NCBI RefSeq assembly: GCF_006345805.1
Contig: NW_021835412.1
Span: 1-53,933, forward strand
Length of the DNA stretch: 53,933 nucleotides
Direction: 5' to 3'
DNA from: Octopus sinensis
Lineage: Eukaryota
A model generated the notes under the pieces. It was not told the DNA's origin and searched no databases. It saw nothing but the letters and a program-made list of their open reading frames with translations. Shown here in pieces: positions 1-11,938 of this stretch (positions are counted from its first letter, which is position 1; every line of letters begins with the position of its first letter). A program made the position numbers and the translations under genes.

Positions 1-111
1 TTCCTGTCATGGGAAGAGGTATAAAACGTGTGCAAACCAATGATGGAGTGTTAATTTATTTGAGTGTACCCTCTTTACACTCTCAAAGGCTTTATGTCTT
101 TTGGGAAATTT

Positions 112-300
112 GGTTGAGGAATCGTCAGCCCGTAGGGAAATGTGCTTAGCGGTATTTCATCTACACGTTCTGAAAATTCAGCTGATGTTGATTTTGCGTT
201 TCATTCTTTCGGAGTCGATAAAATAAATACCACTTGAAGACTGGAATGTAATCGATTTATACACCCACCCCGAATTGCTGGCCTCGTGCCACATTTGAAA
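112..300 (+). mobile_element. Old, diverged tRNA-derived SINE family A copy (tail type A3)
   Basis: Degenerate match to the family A core seen elsewhere in the window (gcttagcggtatttc...ttcattctttcggagtcgataaaataaatacc), ending gaattgctggcctcgtgccacatttgaaa. Confidence 0.55.
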
Positions 301-682
301 TCGATTTTTGTATTAATATGGCATTAACACTCGGTAGCTTATGTACCTGCATGCATACACACAGATTATTTTTAATTGAAAAAAAAATCGTGAATTTCTA
401 AAAAAAAAATGTCGTTATGAGATTCTAAAGATACTCTCAAGTGAAAATAGACATGTATTCTTTTGTTCATAATCTCGGGTGATTACAAACTTGTAGAGCA
501 AGAACACATACGAAAACGGAAAGCGTCGCCGGAGAGGTCACAGATGTGTGACGAAAGATTTCCGGACAATCGACATGAGTTAGAATAAGAACAATAATAA
601 TAAACGAGTGAAGAACAAATATATTGTACGTATTTTTATTTCGAAAAAAAAACCAAAAAAATGACCGCCCCAAAATACCACA

Positions 683-683
<1 letters not shown>

Positions 684-715
<32 letters not shown>

Positions 716-1227
716 TACACATGCACACGTAGGTATACATACATACATACATACATACATACATACATGCATGCATACATACATACATAAATACATACAT
801 ACATACATACATACATACATACATACATACATACATGCATGCATACATACATACATACATGCATGCATGCATGCATGCATGCATGCATACATACATACAT
901 ACATACATACATACATACATACATGCATGCATGCATGCATACATACATACATACATACATACATACATGCATGCATGCATACATACATACATACATACAG
1001 ACATACTACATATGCATGCATGACATGCATACATACATACATACATACATACATACATAATACAATGCATGCATGCATACATACATACATACATACATAC
1101 ATACATACATGCATGCATGCATGCATGCATACATACATACATACATACATACATACATGCATGCATGCATGCATTCATGCATGCATGCATACATATACAT
1201 ACATGCATGCATGCATGCATGCATACA

Positions 1228-1260
<33 letters not shown>
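684..1260. repeat. Compound microsatellite (TA)n-(CA)n-(CATA)n/(CATG)n
   Basis: Directly visible; it generates the spurious MYVC/HTYI ORFs. Confidence 0.95.
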
Positions 1261-1400
1261 GTGAAGGTGCGTAGCTTAGTGGTTAGGGTGTTGCATTCAC
1301 AATCGCTAGGTCCTGGGTTCAATTCAAAGGCTGGGCTGCTTGTTGCGTTCTTTAGCAAAACACTTCTTTCCACGTTGCTCTTTCAGCGTCTGACGTACGG
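1261..1400 (+). mobile_element. tRNA-derived SINE family C, 5' half, diverged
   Basis: A-box-like tagcttagtgg, B-box-like gggttcaattc, then ttctttagcaaaacacttc as in the copy at 30308. Confidence 0.6.
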
Positions 1401-1472
1401 CACACTTATAAATCTGATCAGAACATATCGATTTAACGGAGTGGGTGAGCTAATGTACAACCCATAGATTTA

Positions 1473-1997
1473 CTGTAAATCCTCGAGTATAACCCGTACT
1501 TTTTTCACAAAATTTAAAGGTCAGAATCCCTAGTGCGTACTATATACGAGGTTAAAATGAAAATTATTTTCTAAGCAATGTCCGAGTCTCTATTTGCTGT
1601 CCAGCAATGTTTATTCAGATACATTTTGTGATGTAGGGCGCGAAAATACCTTAAGCTAAGCCTGAAAGCAATGAAGTCATAAAAGAATCATCCATAACTT
1701 GCATTAGGCAACATTTATTAAAATAAAAGTATTCAGAACACAGAATAACATGTAACAAAAACAATTTGCAAACATATGTACATTCCCATATAACAGTTAA
1801 GAACATCGCCATTATTGTATTACGCATGCGCGGAAGTGTTTGTTCGACTAAGTGCTGCTGGTTTAATTACGCACGACTCAAGTTAGAGAAGGGATGCGCA
1901 TTATACACAAGGTTTAGGTTTTTCAGAGGCACAACCCCCCCCCTAAAAATCCCCTGCGTATTATACTCAAGGGCGGACTTTACTCGAGGATGTACGG
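1473..1997. mobile_element. Non-autonomous Tc1/mariner-superfamily (Tc2/pogo-like) MITE
   Basis: Imperfect TIRs ctgtaaatcctcgagta / tactcgaggatgtacgg, flanked by TA at 1471-1472 and 1998-1999; no ORF. Confidence 0.7.
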
Positions 1998-2199
1998 TAA
2001 TCACTACAACCAAACAATCTGCGCAACCGTTGAGGAAAAACTGAATTTTCCGACGGGAGATTACATCCTCACATGCTTTGAACATTGAAAGCATGTGAAA
2101 TATGGAGGATTAATAGAGGAAAGCAATGCTTGTCATCGCCACCAATGCAAGACACAAGTTAAGAAAGGAGTAGGTGTTTTTGAAAAAAAATTACATACA

Positions 2200-2604
2200 A
2201 GCGCAGGAGTGGCTGTGTGGTAAGTAGCTTGCTAACCAACCACATGGTTCCGGGTTCAGTCCCACTGCGTGGCATCTTGGGCAAGTGTTTTCTGCTATAG
2301 CCCCGGGCCAACCAATGCCTTGTGAATGGATTTGGTATACGGAAACTGAAAGAAGCCCGTCGTATATATGTATATATATATATGTATGTGTGTGTTTGTG
2401 TGTCTGTGTTTGTCCCACTAGCATTGCTTGACAACCGATGCTGGTGTGTTTATGTCCCCGTCACTTAGCGGTTCGGCAAAAAAGGCCGATAATATAAGTA
2501 CTGGGCTTACAAAGAATAAGTCCTGGGGTCGATTTGATCGACTAAAAGGCGGTGCTCCAGCATGGCCACAGTCACATTACTGAAACAAGTAAAAGAGTAA
2601 AGAG
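2200..2604 (+). mobile_element. tRNA-derived SINE family B, full length
   Basis: Head gcgcaggagtggctgtgtggtaag...ggttccgggttcagtccc, internal (TA)/(TG) tract, tail ggcggtgctccagcatggcc...tgaaacaagtaaaagag; about 10 further copies in the window. Confidence 0.9.
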
Positions 2605-2801
2605 TATACAGAAATTAAGCGATGCCAGTATAGGGAATGTGGGAAGCTTGGTCTATCGTTTCCGCAGAAGTGTTCGTTTATCAAGGGCTAGGCTCATCAA
2701 TAACATGCGAAACCACAAGTGTAAAGTATAAATTTGTTCTTGATGGTCAGTGGTCTTCCTCGGTAACGAATGGACAGATATCATGTGTGTGTGTGTGTGT
2801 G

Positions 2802-2836
<35 letters not shown>

Positions 2837-3203
2837 AAGCAGATCTCCGTCGGTCTCAAGTTGTTTAATCAACTGAATTATTTGCTCCATGAATTAACGT
2901 GTACGTTGCTGATGATCCCAGGGACATATTTAACCCTTAACGTAATTCTAAGGCAAAATCAGCTGATTCCTATGAATACGTGAATTCTGCAGTCTTCCTG
3001 ATACTGGAAAACCTCTAATTGGGGCCCATCAAAGAACCCCATAAATCAGTCCGACAAGTAAGGACATAAGCCGTTCTCCGAATGTTATTCCCCGAGCTAC
3101 GGGTGTAATTTTAGAGAAATTCCACCCTTTCTATCCATTTCACCACAGTCAGCTACCTTTTCACAAATGTATCTGAGGAACTTTACCTTCATTTTTCTTT
3201 TCA

Positions 3204-3265
3204 TACATACATACATACATACATACATACATACATACATACATACATACATACATACATACATG
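3204..3265. repeat. (CATA)n microsatellite abutting a LINE 5' end
   Basis: Directly visible. Confidence 0.95.
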
Positions 3266-3920
3266 TATACAGACTTTGTGGAATTCACACTGAAGATATC
3301 ATCCACGTCATAAGCTGTTGTCCGAAAATGTCATCACGGTATTATCTACCGATGAGACCTGACGTTGTAGCTAGTGAAATTTGTCGGAAGGATAATTCTG
3401 AGAACAAAGAAATAAGAACTCACAATATGGTAGAAGCCATAGCCACTTATAATAAAATAAAGAATACTGGTGGAATGTACCAACGAAGACCTCAATAAAA
3501 TGTAGACACAACAGATCTGATATGATGATTTGGGTTAGAGAAGAGAAACTGTGCACAGTTGTGGAAATTAACTGCCCAGCGGATGTTAACATAAAGCTGA
3601 TGATCAGTGAAAAAGTGAACACCTAGGCTGAACTATTGAGAAATCTGCAGTTATTCTGTCCAGATTACAAGTTCAGGTTTATACCTGTAACTATTGAGGC
3701 CCTGAGATATGTAACACACTGCCTAACTACCAATCTTGAGAAATTAGGCTTCTCAAAACCAGAAAGGAGAAAGCTAATTCGAAGACTACAGATCCAATCC
3801 ATCACTGGAACTGTAAAAATCTGTAAAACTTTCCAGAATATTATCATGTAAGTGTATATAAGCATGTCTAGATATGTAACTATATGCATGAGAATACATA
3901 CATAAAACATACAAATCTGC
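3266..3920 (+). mobile_element. 5'-truncated R4/Dong-clade LINE fragment (CCHC knuckle + restriction-like endonuclease), decayed
   Basis: Manual translation from 3271: [34 protein letters not shown], frameshift near 3455, then EYWWNVPTKTSIKCRHNRSDMMIW...VVEINCPADVN...EK, stop at 3624, then FIPVTIEAL...; matches the R4-type C-terminus. Confidence 0.8.
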
Positions 3921-4099
3921 ACACATACATGTGTGTGTGTGTGTGTGTGTGTAACATAAAGGGATAAGAATTGGGAATCTGGGCAGGTACCTTATTAGCA
4001 CTCTGATATAATCCAGATCTGGCTAATGACATGGAATGATAGAGGACATAAAGAATTATTTAAGATTACTCCTGGTGTCAAATAACAATTATCCAACAG

Positions 4100-4290
4100 T
4101 CGAGCATCTAAGTGGTCACTCCACTAGCTAGAAATGGCAGCGAAGTCTTTCGTCAAATTACACCACCAGGGTTTTGAAAAGAGACAAATTGCATAATCTA
4201 AAAGTGTTATTTGATGATAAGAACTGGATGGCCACGATTGGAAAGCCTTTGGTCAAATGTCTGCTCAATTAGAACACACCAGGCTAATTA
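4100..4290 (+). mobile_element. Old SINE-like repeat remnant (3' part)
   Basis: ctagaaatggcagcgaagtct...tggaaagcctttggtcaaatgtctgctc; related diverged pieces near 31420-31450 and 45140-45230. Confidence 0.4.
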
Positions 4291-4340
4291 GCAGCTGCGG
4301 TTCTCTGGAGCTCGCTTGCTTCTCTGGGGTTGGTCAAAGT

Positions 4341-4407
4341 AATGTAGATACCTCTGATGAGAATCCATGAGGTTCGAAAATCGATTAATCGATTAAGGTG
4401 GTTCATT
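4341..4407 (+). ncRNA. Type I hammerhead ribozyme motif with complete core
   Basis: Helix I ACCT(4350-53)/AGGT(4396-99), with an extension AATG/CATT; core CTGATGA 4354-4360; helix II GAATC/GGTTC; GAAA 4376-4379; helix III AATCGA-TTAA-TCGATT; UUA cleavage triplet 4393-4395. Confidence 0.75.
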
Positions 4408-4451
4408 ATCTTTTCAATTTAGCCTGTTTACATATCTACAAAATAAGTTTT

Positions 4452-4461
4452 ATATATACAC

Positions 4462-4556
<95 letters not shown>

Positions 4557-4633
4557 CATATATACATACATATATATATATACATATATATATATACATA
4601 TATATATATATATCTTATGTATGTATGTGTGTT

Positions 4634-4675
<42 letters not shown>

Positions 4676-4750
4676 AGAGGAGGAGGAAGAGGAAGAAGAA
4701 GAAGAAGAAGGAAGAAGAAGAAGGAGAAGAAGACGAAGAAGAAGAAGAAT
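4452..4750. repeat. (TA)n, (GTA)n, (GAA)n microsatellites
   Basis: Directly visible. Confidence 0.95.
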
Positions 4751-4989
4751 TTTCCAGAGGATGTTTACAATGATAGCGCTTATGTTGACAGTGGTGACGA
4801 TGATGATATTTGTTTTGTTTTTAGTTCATTTTGTTTCATAATTGTTTCATAATTGTTTTTTAAAAATGTATAATTTTATTTAAAAAAAAAAGAAGAGAGA
4901 AAAGAAAAGAAAATTAGCCACAACACCAACAGCAGCAGCAGCAGCAGTAGTAGCAGCAGCAAGCAGCAGCAGTGGCAACAGCAACAAAA

Positions 4990-5530
4990 TTTTCGGCATC
5001 TGTCAGACCGATGCCACGATTTGATTTTGATCGGATTATAAAGAGCTAAAGCAGCCGTTCAAATGCTGCGTTGGTGGCCCTATTCAACGGTTGTTGATGT
5101 CAATTGTCACCGGAGAGGTTGAGGTAGAGGAGAGAGAGAGAGAGAGAGAGAGAAACAGAGAGAGAGAGAGGGAGGAAGAGAGGGTGTATGTGTGTATATG
5201 TCTGTGTGTGAAGGAGAGTTTGTGGTAGAGAGAGAGAACACTCAGGAGGTGGCTCTCTGCTTCCACTTACGTCAGAGACAAGTGCTGACTGTTTGAATCG
5301 GATTAGTGAAGCAGCTTAATAAATTTCCACTTAACACATAACAACAGCCATTGGCCTCAAGTGGCGGCGACACCGCGTGACGGTGAGTGTTAGAGGTGAA
5401 AAGAGAATAAGGGACGGTGATTGGGGGAATAGGAGCGAGGGAGGACAAAACGCTTCCGTTGTTTGGCTTTTCCTGTGTGTAGGGAATAGTCAAGGAGTTA
5501 ACTCCCATGTCAGCGAGCAGTTTAGCTCCG
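4990..5530. promoter_or_regulatory. Possible cis-regulatory module (unique island with clustered NK-2-type sites)
   Basis: Non-repetitive, CpG-retaining stretch with CACTTA x2, CAAGTG and TCAAGTG within 5262-5365, plus GGATTA x2 and several TGTCA; motif-only evidence. Confidence 0.2.
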
Positions 5531-5555
5531 AGGCGGAGGAACCGTATGTTAATAC

Positions 5556-5556
<1 letters not shown>

Positions 5557-5634
<78 letters not shown>

Positions 5635-5770
5635 ACACACACACCATACACACACACATACACACACACACACAACACACACATACACACACACACATAC
5701 ACACACACACATACACACACACATACACACATATACACGCATACACACACATACACAACACACACACACG

Positions 5771-5804
<34 letters not shown>
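5557..5804. repeat. (CA)n microsatellite
   Basis: Directly visible. Confidence 0.95.
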
Positions 5805-5805
<1 letters not shown>

Positions 5806-6304
5806 TAGTCGTGCAGGAACTAACTCGGTGGTGACATCTTATTGACGTAAAAATTAAAAATATAAAATATAAAAAAGGAAAAAGAAGGCAAACCCGAAAA
5901 ACTCGACAAAATGGAGGTTAAACTCTGCCGCCTGTCAATGAAACAATAATAAGATCAATGAAATAAACAAATGAATGTGATAAATAGATAAATAGATAAA
6001 TAAATATTCAGAAAAATGAGAATTTAAATGGTTATATCCGTGTTAAGAAAAAAAAAATTGCTAAAGACAAAAAATATTTCTATAATCGGCTAAGAAACGG
6101 TTGAGAGACGGTAGGTAGGTGTAAAGTGTTTCGTTTTTATTCTTATTTTATCTTTTCTACAATGTTAAACTGGAAATTATACACATACAAGCTAGATTTA
6201 AGCAGCAACAAATAGCTTTTAAATGATTTCAGACAAACAAGCAAAACAAACACACAAACAAATAAATATATAAACAAATAAATAGATAGAGAAATCAATT
6301 ATTT

Positions 6305-6500
6305 TATTCTTTTAACTTCTTTCAAATTATTGGACTGCGGCCATGCTGCAGTAACCGACTTAAAAACGGATTAGTCGAATAAACTGACCTTAGTGCGGTA
6401 CTTATGTTTTAGTTTTGGTAGTTATTTGATCGGTGAATTTTGCCGAACCGCTAAGTTAGAGGGTGGGGTGCAAACAAGCCAAACCCCAGTTGTCAAACAC
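6305..6500 (-). mobile_element. Diverged SINE family B, 3' part
   Basis: gactgcggccatgctg...tttgccgaaccgctaag matches the reverse complement of the family B tail. Confidence 0.6.
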
Positions 6501-6714
6501 TAAACTACACGCCTAGAAACACCCATATCTATATCTATCTATCTATCTATCTATCTCTCACTCTCTATATATATATATGTGTGTGTGTATGTGTGTGTGT
6601 GTGTGTGTGTCTGTGTGTGTGTGTGTGGGTGGGTGTGGGTATTATGTATCTACGTATACACACACCCACACACACATACAAACATACACACATACACACA
6701 ATATGCATTCCAGA

Positions 6715-6865
6715 TATTGATTTCGAATTATGACACAAGGCCAGCAATTTCAGACAAGGAGATGAGTCGATTACATCGACCCCAGTTATAAACTGGTACT
6801 TATTTTATCTATCCTGAAAGGACGAATGGCAGAGTCGACGGCGATGGAATTTAGAATATGTAACT
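6715..6865 (-). mobile_element. Diverged SINE family A fragment (tail A3)
   Basis: gtcgattacatcgaccccag...actggtacttattttatc...aaggacgaatggcagagtcgac. Confidence 0.65.
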
Positions 6866-6986
6866 GCCGTAGCTAGTTTAGAGGCACGTATTACTTTCAA
6901 AGATATTAATTAATAGCTTTGGAATTAATTAATCAATTTCAAAATTCTAATCTTCTTCAAAATAGGATCTTTTGACTCCAGCCACT

Positions 6987-7400
6987 TCATCATCATCATT
7001 GTTCGACCGTGGTCGAGACAATGGAATTTACCATGCTACGCCAGACTTCACGGTCCATCATGGCATTACGGAGGTCCTGTTGCTGAATGCCAGTATCCCT
7101 GGAGATTACATCAGGGTAGGAGAGTTTGCGCCCTCTGGTATTGCGAGTAGATGGCTTCCAGAGGAGAAGAGTAGAAATTACCTCTTTTTCAGCTCTACAA
7201 CAATGTCCAGCAAACTGGACTCTCTTACCTTTCACAAGAGATGACACAGGTGGTAGTTTCCCATATATTTGCATTTTGGTTGGATGGCCCTTCCACGAGA
7301 GATTTTGAGCTCTCATAAGGAGGCGAGTGTAGGTTCCATCCAACCGCCTCTCAAGCTTCTTTGATAACATCCAGGTTTCTGAGCCATATTGAAGCCCCTT
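6987..7400 (-). mobile_element. RTE-clade LINE 3' fragment
   Basis: LQYGSETWMLSKKLERRLDGTYTRLLMR...WKGHPTK...VQFAGHCCR...LSYPDVISRDTG...DREVWR, followed by a (TGA)n tail. Confidence 0.85.
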
Positions 7401-7677
7401 TGGAAGACCCCCCAAAGTTAAGGTATCCAAGAACCTTGTCACCACCCCCATCTTCTTCAAAGCTACTGTCCCCGAAATTCTTCAGCTTGAGGAACAACCA
7501 AAAGTTGTTCATATCGACACCTTATATGTGGGATACTGTGCACGTATTCAGGTAACATTAATTTCATGGGGGGGGGGGAAGATGATGTACAGCATAAACT
7601 TCTGATCACTATGAACAAAATCATTTCTGAAGATTGTTCAGCAAGAAGTGGCTCTCCGATTACGAGAGACTACCATT

Positions 7678-8222
7678 ATGTATGTGTGTATGTATGCATG
7701 CATGTATGTATGTATGTATGTATGTATGTATGTATGTATGTATGTATGTATGTAGTATGTATGTATGTATGTATATATGTATGGATGGATGGTTGTATAT
7801 ATGTATAGTTGTATGTACATATGTATGTATGGTTGTATGTATGTATTATGTATGTATGTGTGTATGTATGGTTGTATGTATGTATGTATATATGGTTGTA
7901 TGTATGTCTGTATGTATGTATGGTTGTATGTTTGCATGGTTGTATGTATGTATATTTGTATATATGCTTGTATGTATGTATGGTTGTATGTATGTATGTA
8001 TGTATGGTTGTATGTATGGTTGTATGTATGGTTATATGTATGTATCTATGTATGTATGATTGTATGTATGTATGGTTGTATGTATATATGTATGTATGGT
8101 TGTATGTATGTCTGTATGTATGTATGGTTGTATGTATGTATGGTTGTATGTATGTATATTTGTATATATGTTTGTATGTATGTATGTATGGTTGTATGTA
8201 TGTATGGTTGTATGTATATATG
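7678..8222. repeat. (TATG)n-derived minisatellite with GGTT variants and an internal higher-order duplication
   Basis: Recurring tatgtatggttg units; a block of about 100 bp is repeated near 7893-7990 and 8095-8190. Confidence 0.85.
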
Positions 8223-8230
8223 CACATCTT

Positions 8231-8680
8231 ATCTTTCACTTGCTTCAGTCATTAGACAGCGGCCATTATGGGGCGCCGCCTTGGAGAATTCATTTTAGTC
8301 GAACGAATCGACCCAAGGAATTTTTTAAAACCTGGTACTTATTCTATCGGACATGTTTGACAGACTGCTAAGGAGACGGAAACACACCAGCACCGGTTGT
8401 CAAGCAGTAGTGGGAGACAAATACACACACGCACACACACACACATACACGACGGGCTTCTTTCAGTTTCCATCTACCAAATCCACTCACAAGGTTTTGG
8501 TCGACCTGAGGGTAGACAGGTTTCTTTCCAGTTTCGGTTTTCCAAATTCACTCACGAGACATTGGTCAACTCTTGCTATAACAGAAAGCACTTAATCAAG
8601 TTGACACGCAGTGGATTGAACCTGAAACCACGTGGTTGCGGAGTGAACTTCTTCACCACATAGGCAAGGCTGTGCCTATA
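8231..8680 (-). mobile_element. Diverged/chimeric SINE family B
   Basis: Family B tail and body; the segment tctttcagtttcc..caaatccactcac occurs twice with different divergence (about 8460 and 8525). Confidence 0.7.
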
Positions 8681-8785
8681 AATAATAAATTAATGAATAA
8701 ATAAATTAAACATGCCAATCAAATGGTAGTCCAAAGAGCTTGTAATAAAATTCACCCTCTTGGATAGTCTATATACTTTATATAT

Positions 8786-9100
8786 AGGCGCAAGTATGGC
8801 TGTAAGGTAAAGAAGCTCGCCTTGCAACCACCTGGTTTTGGGTTCAGTCCCACTGCGCGGCGACTTGGTCAAGTGTCTTCTGATATAACCCCAAACCCAT
8901 CAATGCTTTGTGCCTGAATTTGGTAGACGAAAACGGTGCGACTACTCATCGTGTATACATATATGTAAGTGTATGTCTTTGTGTTTATCACTTCCACCGC
9001 TTGACAACCAGTGCTGGTTTGTTTACATCTCCTAACTTACCAGTTCGGCAAAAGAGACTGTCAGAATAAGTGCCAACAAAAATGAGTAATGTGGTTGATT
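8786..9100 (+). mobile_element. Diverged SINE family B
   Basis: ggcgcaagtatggctgtaaggtaaagaagctc...gggttcagtcccactgcg...gttcggcaaaagagac. Confidence 0.75.
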
Positions 9101-9420
9101 TACATTTGTACAAGTTGGCTCTAAGTCTCACCAAGAGACCTCAAGAGACAACAAGTTGGAAGTACATGTTGGTGTTATGCCTAGGGTGCCATATATTTGG
9201 TTTTGTACATAATGTTGTTCTACAGAATGTTTAAGAAACCATAAGAAAATTATGTTTGTTTTAAAACTTGAGATAACATAGAAAGTATTTTGCGTAGGAT
9301 ATGGGCAGTTCCCATGAATACTATTTTTTGAATATCTGCCATTTTGGGGTTTCCTGGTATCTGAGCTAGGTAGCAATCAGCCCCTTTTGCTATCATTTCC
9401 AGGGCACCTATGACAACAGG

Positions 9421-9423
<3 letters not shown>
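9100..9423 (-). mobile_element. R4/Dong LINE extreme 3' fragment (subfamily b)
   Basis: Minus strand reads IPVVIGALEMIAKGADCYLAQIPGNPKMADIQKIVFMGTAHILRKILSM plus 3' UTR; 5' end joined to (TAA)n; near-identical to 19793-20160. Confidence 0.85.
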
Positions 9424-9606
<183 letters not shown>

Positions 9607-10160
9607 GTCTCGCATTCGCGGTGTCATTCCATCGATGTATAAAAATAGTGTTGATAACAAGTTATATATATATATTACAACGCATAGATTATTAACGATA
9701 TAGCATTTTCGAGATTCATAGATCGTTATCAACATCATTTCTCTTTATCTATTTCTTTTTCTATCACATTTGTTATTTCTTTTTTATTTATATTTTTTAT
9801 GTGTGCCTACAAGAGTATGTTTATGTATGTGAGGTGGTGATGTATGAGTATGATGGTGGTGGTGGTAGTATGGTGGGGGAGTTTGTTTCTGTTTGTCATG
9901 AAATCCACCTCAAACGCCTTCTTCATCCACCGCCCTTTCAGAAATTTGAACTTACATTTTCTATTTATTGGCATTTCGTCCGATACGTTTGTAAAATGAA
10001 TTAGTTTTGCTTTGATTTAGACAAGCTTCGTTCGTTTCCATAAACTTACGCTTTCGTCAGCCATTTTCTATGAGAAAAAAACCCCAATAAAATCTGCAAC
10101 AATAGCAGCAACAACAACTACAATAACGACGACGACAACAACAACAACAACAATAATAAT

Positions 10161-10315
10161 GGCTTCAAAATTTAGTACAGGGCTAGCAAATGCGAGAGAG
10201 GGGGGTAAATCGATTACATCGACCCCACTGTCCAGCTGGTACTTATTTTATCAATTCCGAAAGGATGAAAGGCAAAGTCAACCTTGGCGAAATTTGAACA
10301 CAGAACATCAAGCCG
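10161..10315 (-). mobile_element. SINE family A, 5'-truncated
   Basis: tcgattacatcgacccc...aaggatgaaaggcaaagtcaaccttggcgaaatttgaac. Confidence 0.8.
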
Positions 10316-10320
10316 TTGCT

Positions 10321-10321
<1 letters not shown>

Positions 10322-10365
<44 letters not shown>

Positions 10366-10429
10366 TAATAATGATGATAATAATAATAATAATAATAATA
10401 ATAAGATAATGATAATAATAATAATAATG

Positions 10430-10508
<79 letters not shown>

Positions 10509-10659
10509 ATGATATGAATAATGATAATAATATAATAATAATAATAATAATGATAATAATAATAATAATAATGATAATAATATAATAATATAATAATAAT
10601 AATAATAATAATAATGTAATAATAATAATAATAATAAAATAATGATAATGATAATAATA

Positions 10660-10694
<35 letters not shown>

Positions 10695-10735
10695 TAATGA
10701 TAATAATAATAAATAATAATGATAATGTAATAATA

Positions 10736-10766
<31 letters not shown>

Positions 10767-10873
10767 TATAATAATAATAATAATAATAATAATATAATAA
10801 TAATAAATAATAATATATAATAATGATAATGATAATAATATAATGATAATGATTAATAATAATAATAATAATG

Positions 10874-10909
<36 letters not shown>

Positions 10910-10945
10910 TAATAATGATAATAATAATAAATAATAATAATAATA

Positions 10946-10979
<34 letters not shown>

Positions 10980-11018
10980 TATAATAATAATAATAATAAT
11001 ATGATAATGATAATAATA

Positions 11019-11100
<82 letters not shown>

Positions 11101-11113
11101 TAATAATAATAAT
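10322..11113. repeat. Long degenerate (AAT)n microsatellite
   Basis: Directly visible, about 790 bp. Confidence 0.95.
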
Positions 11114-11820
11114 ATGTTACCAAAAACATATAATGAAAAGAAACATAGCAAGTAACTGCAGAATATGTGGAGATGGACAAGAAACAATAAATCATATTAT
11201 CTCTAGCTGCCCAGTCCTGGCTAAGAAGGAATATATTCACAGACACGACAGTGTTGGGACCTACATACACTGGAAGCTATGCCAACACTATGGAATAACA
11301 ACAGAAAAATGATGGTAGAGGTACACGCCTGAAAAGGTCACAGAAAACGAGAAAGCAACCATTCTTTGGGATATGCCAATTCACACATAGATAAATTAAG
11401 GCCAACAGGCCAGATATAGTTGTCAGAGATCATGAAGAAAAAAATGCTTTTTAAGTGATGTATCAATACCAGCAGATGACAACGTTTCTCTAAAAGAATT
11501 GGAGAAACTTTCAAAATACAAAGACCTGGAAATAGAGGTAACTCGAATGCGGAATCTTAAAAAAAGGGACAATTCCTATCATAGTAGGCGCATTAGGTAT
11601 GATATAAAATTTTCGGACAAATACATAACAAAAACACCAGGACTTACAAATATATATATAACATACAGAAAATTGCACTACTGGGCACTGCACACATCCT
11701 ACGCAAAACACTTTCAATACAGTAACCATAAGAGCATCACAACAAACCACAGCACATACCCAAGGCACAGAGCTGTGCTCAGTAGTGAAGTGAAAGCACG
11801 CTATAAAAATAAAACTACTG
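11114..11820 (+). mobile_element. 5'-truncated R4/Dong LINE (subfamily a) embedded in (TAA)n
   Basis: CRICGDGQETINHIISSCPVLAKKEYIHRHDSVG (CCHC + RHD), ILWDMPIHT...KANRPDIVV, DVSIPADDNVSLKELEKLSKYKDLEIEV; frameshifts and stops; (AAT)n on both sides. Confidence 0.9.
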
Positions 11821-11852
11821 AATAATGATAATAATAATAATAATAATAATAA

Positions 11853-11938
<86 letters not shown>

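Noticed and set aside
467-1467. Long ORFs (235, 245 and 216 aa) of MYVC/HTYI repeats, and similar ORFs throughout the track
   Set aside because: They are translations of (CATA)n, (CA)n, (TA)n, (AAT)n and (CTT)n microsatellites that lack stops in some frames; no protein signal.
2200-2604. Assigning families A/B/C/E to the published octopus SINE names OK, OR1 and OR2
   Set aside because: Those families are known from Octopus, but I cannot reliably map which is which without the reference sequences.
7400-7680. Sequence 5' of the RTE fragment that extends ORF 6996-7460 (MKKMGVVTRFLD...) and reads NNFWLFLKLKNFGDSSFEEDGGG in another frame
   Set aside because: No recognisable domain or splice signals; the ORF extension is an accident of the truncation junction.
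10030-10065. Minus-strand CTGACGA-AAGCGTAAGTTT-ATG-GAAAC
   Set aside because: Three extra bases precede GAAA, and there is no NUH triplet or helix I/III.
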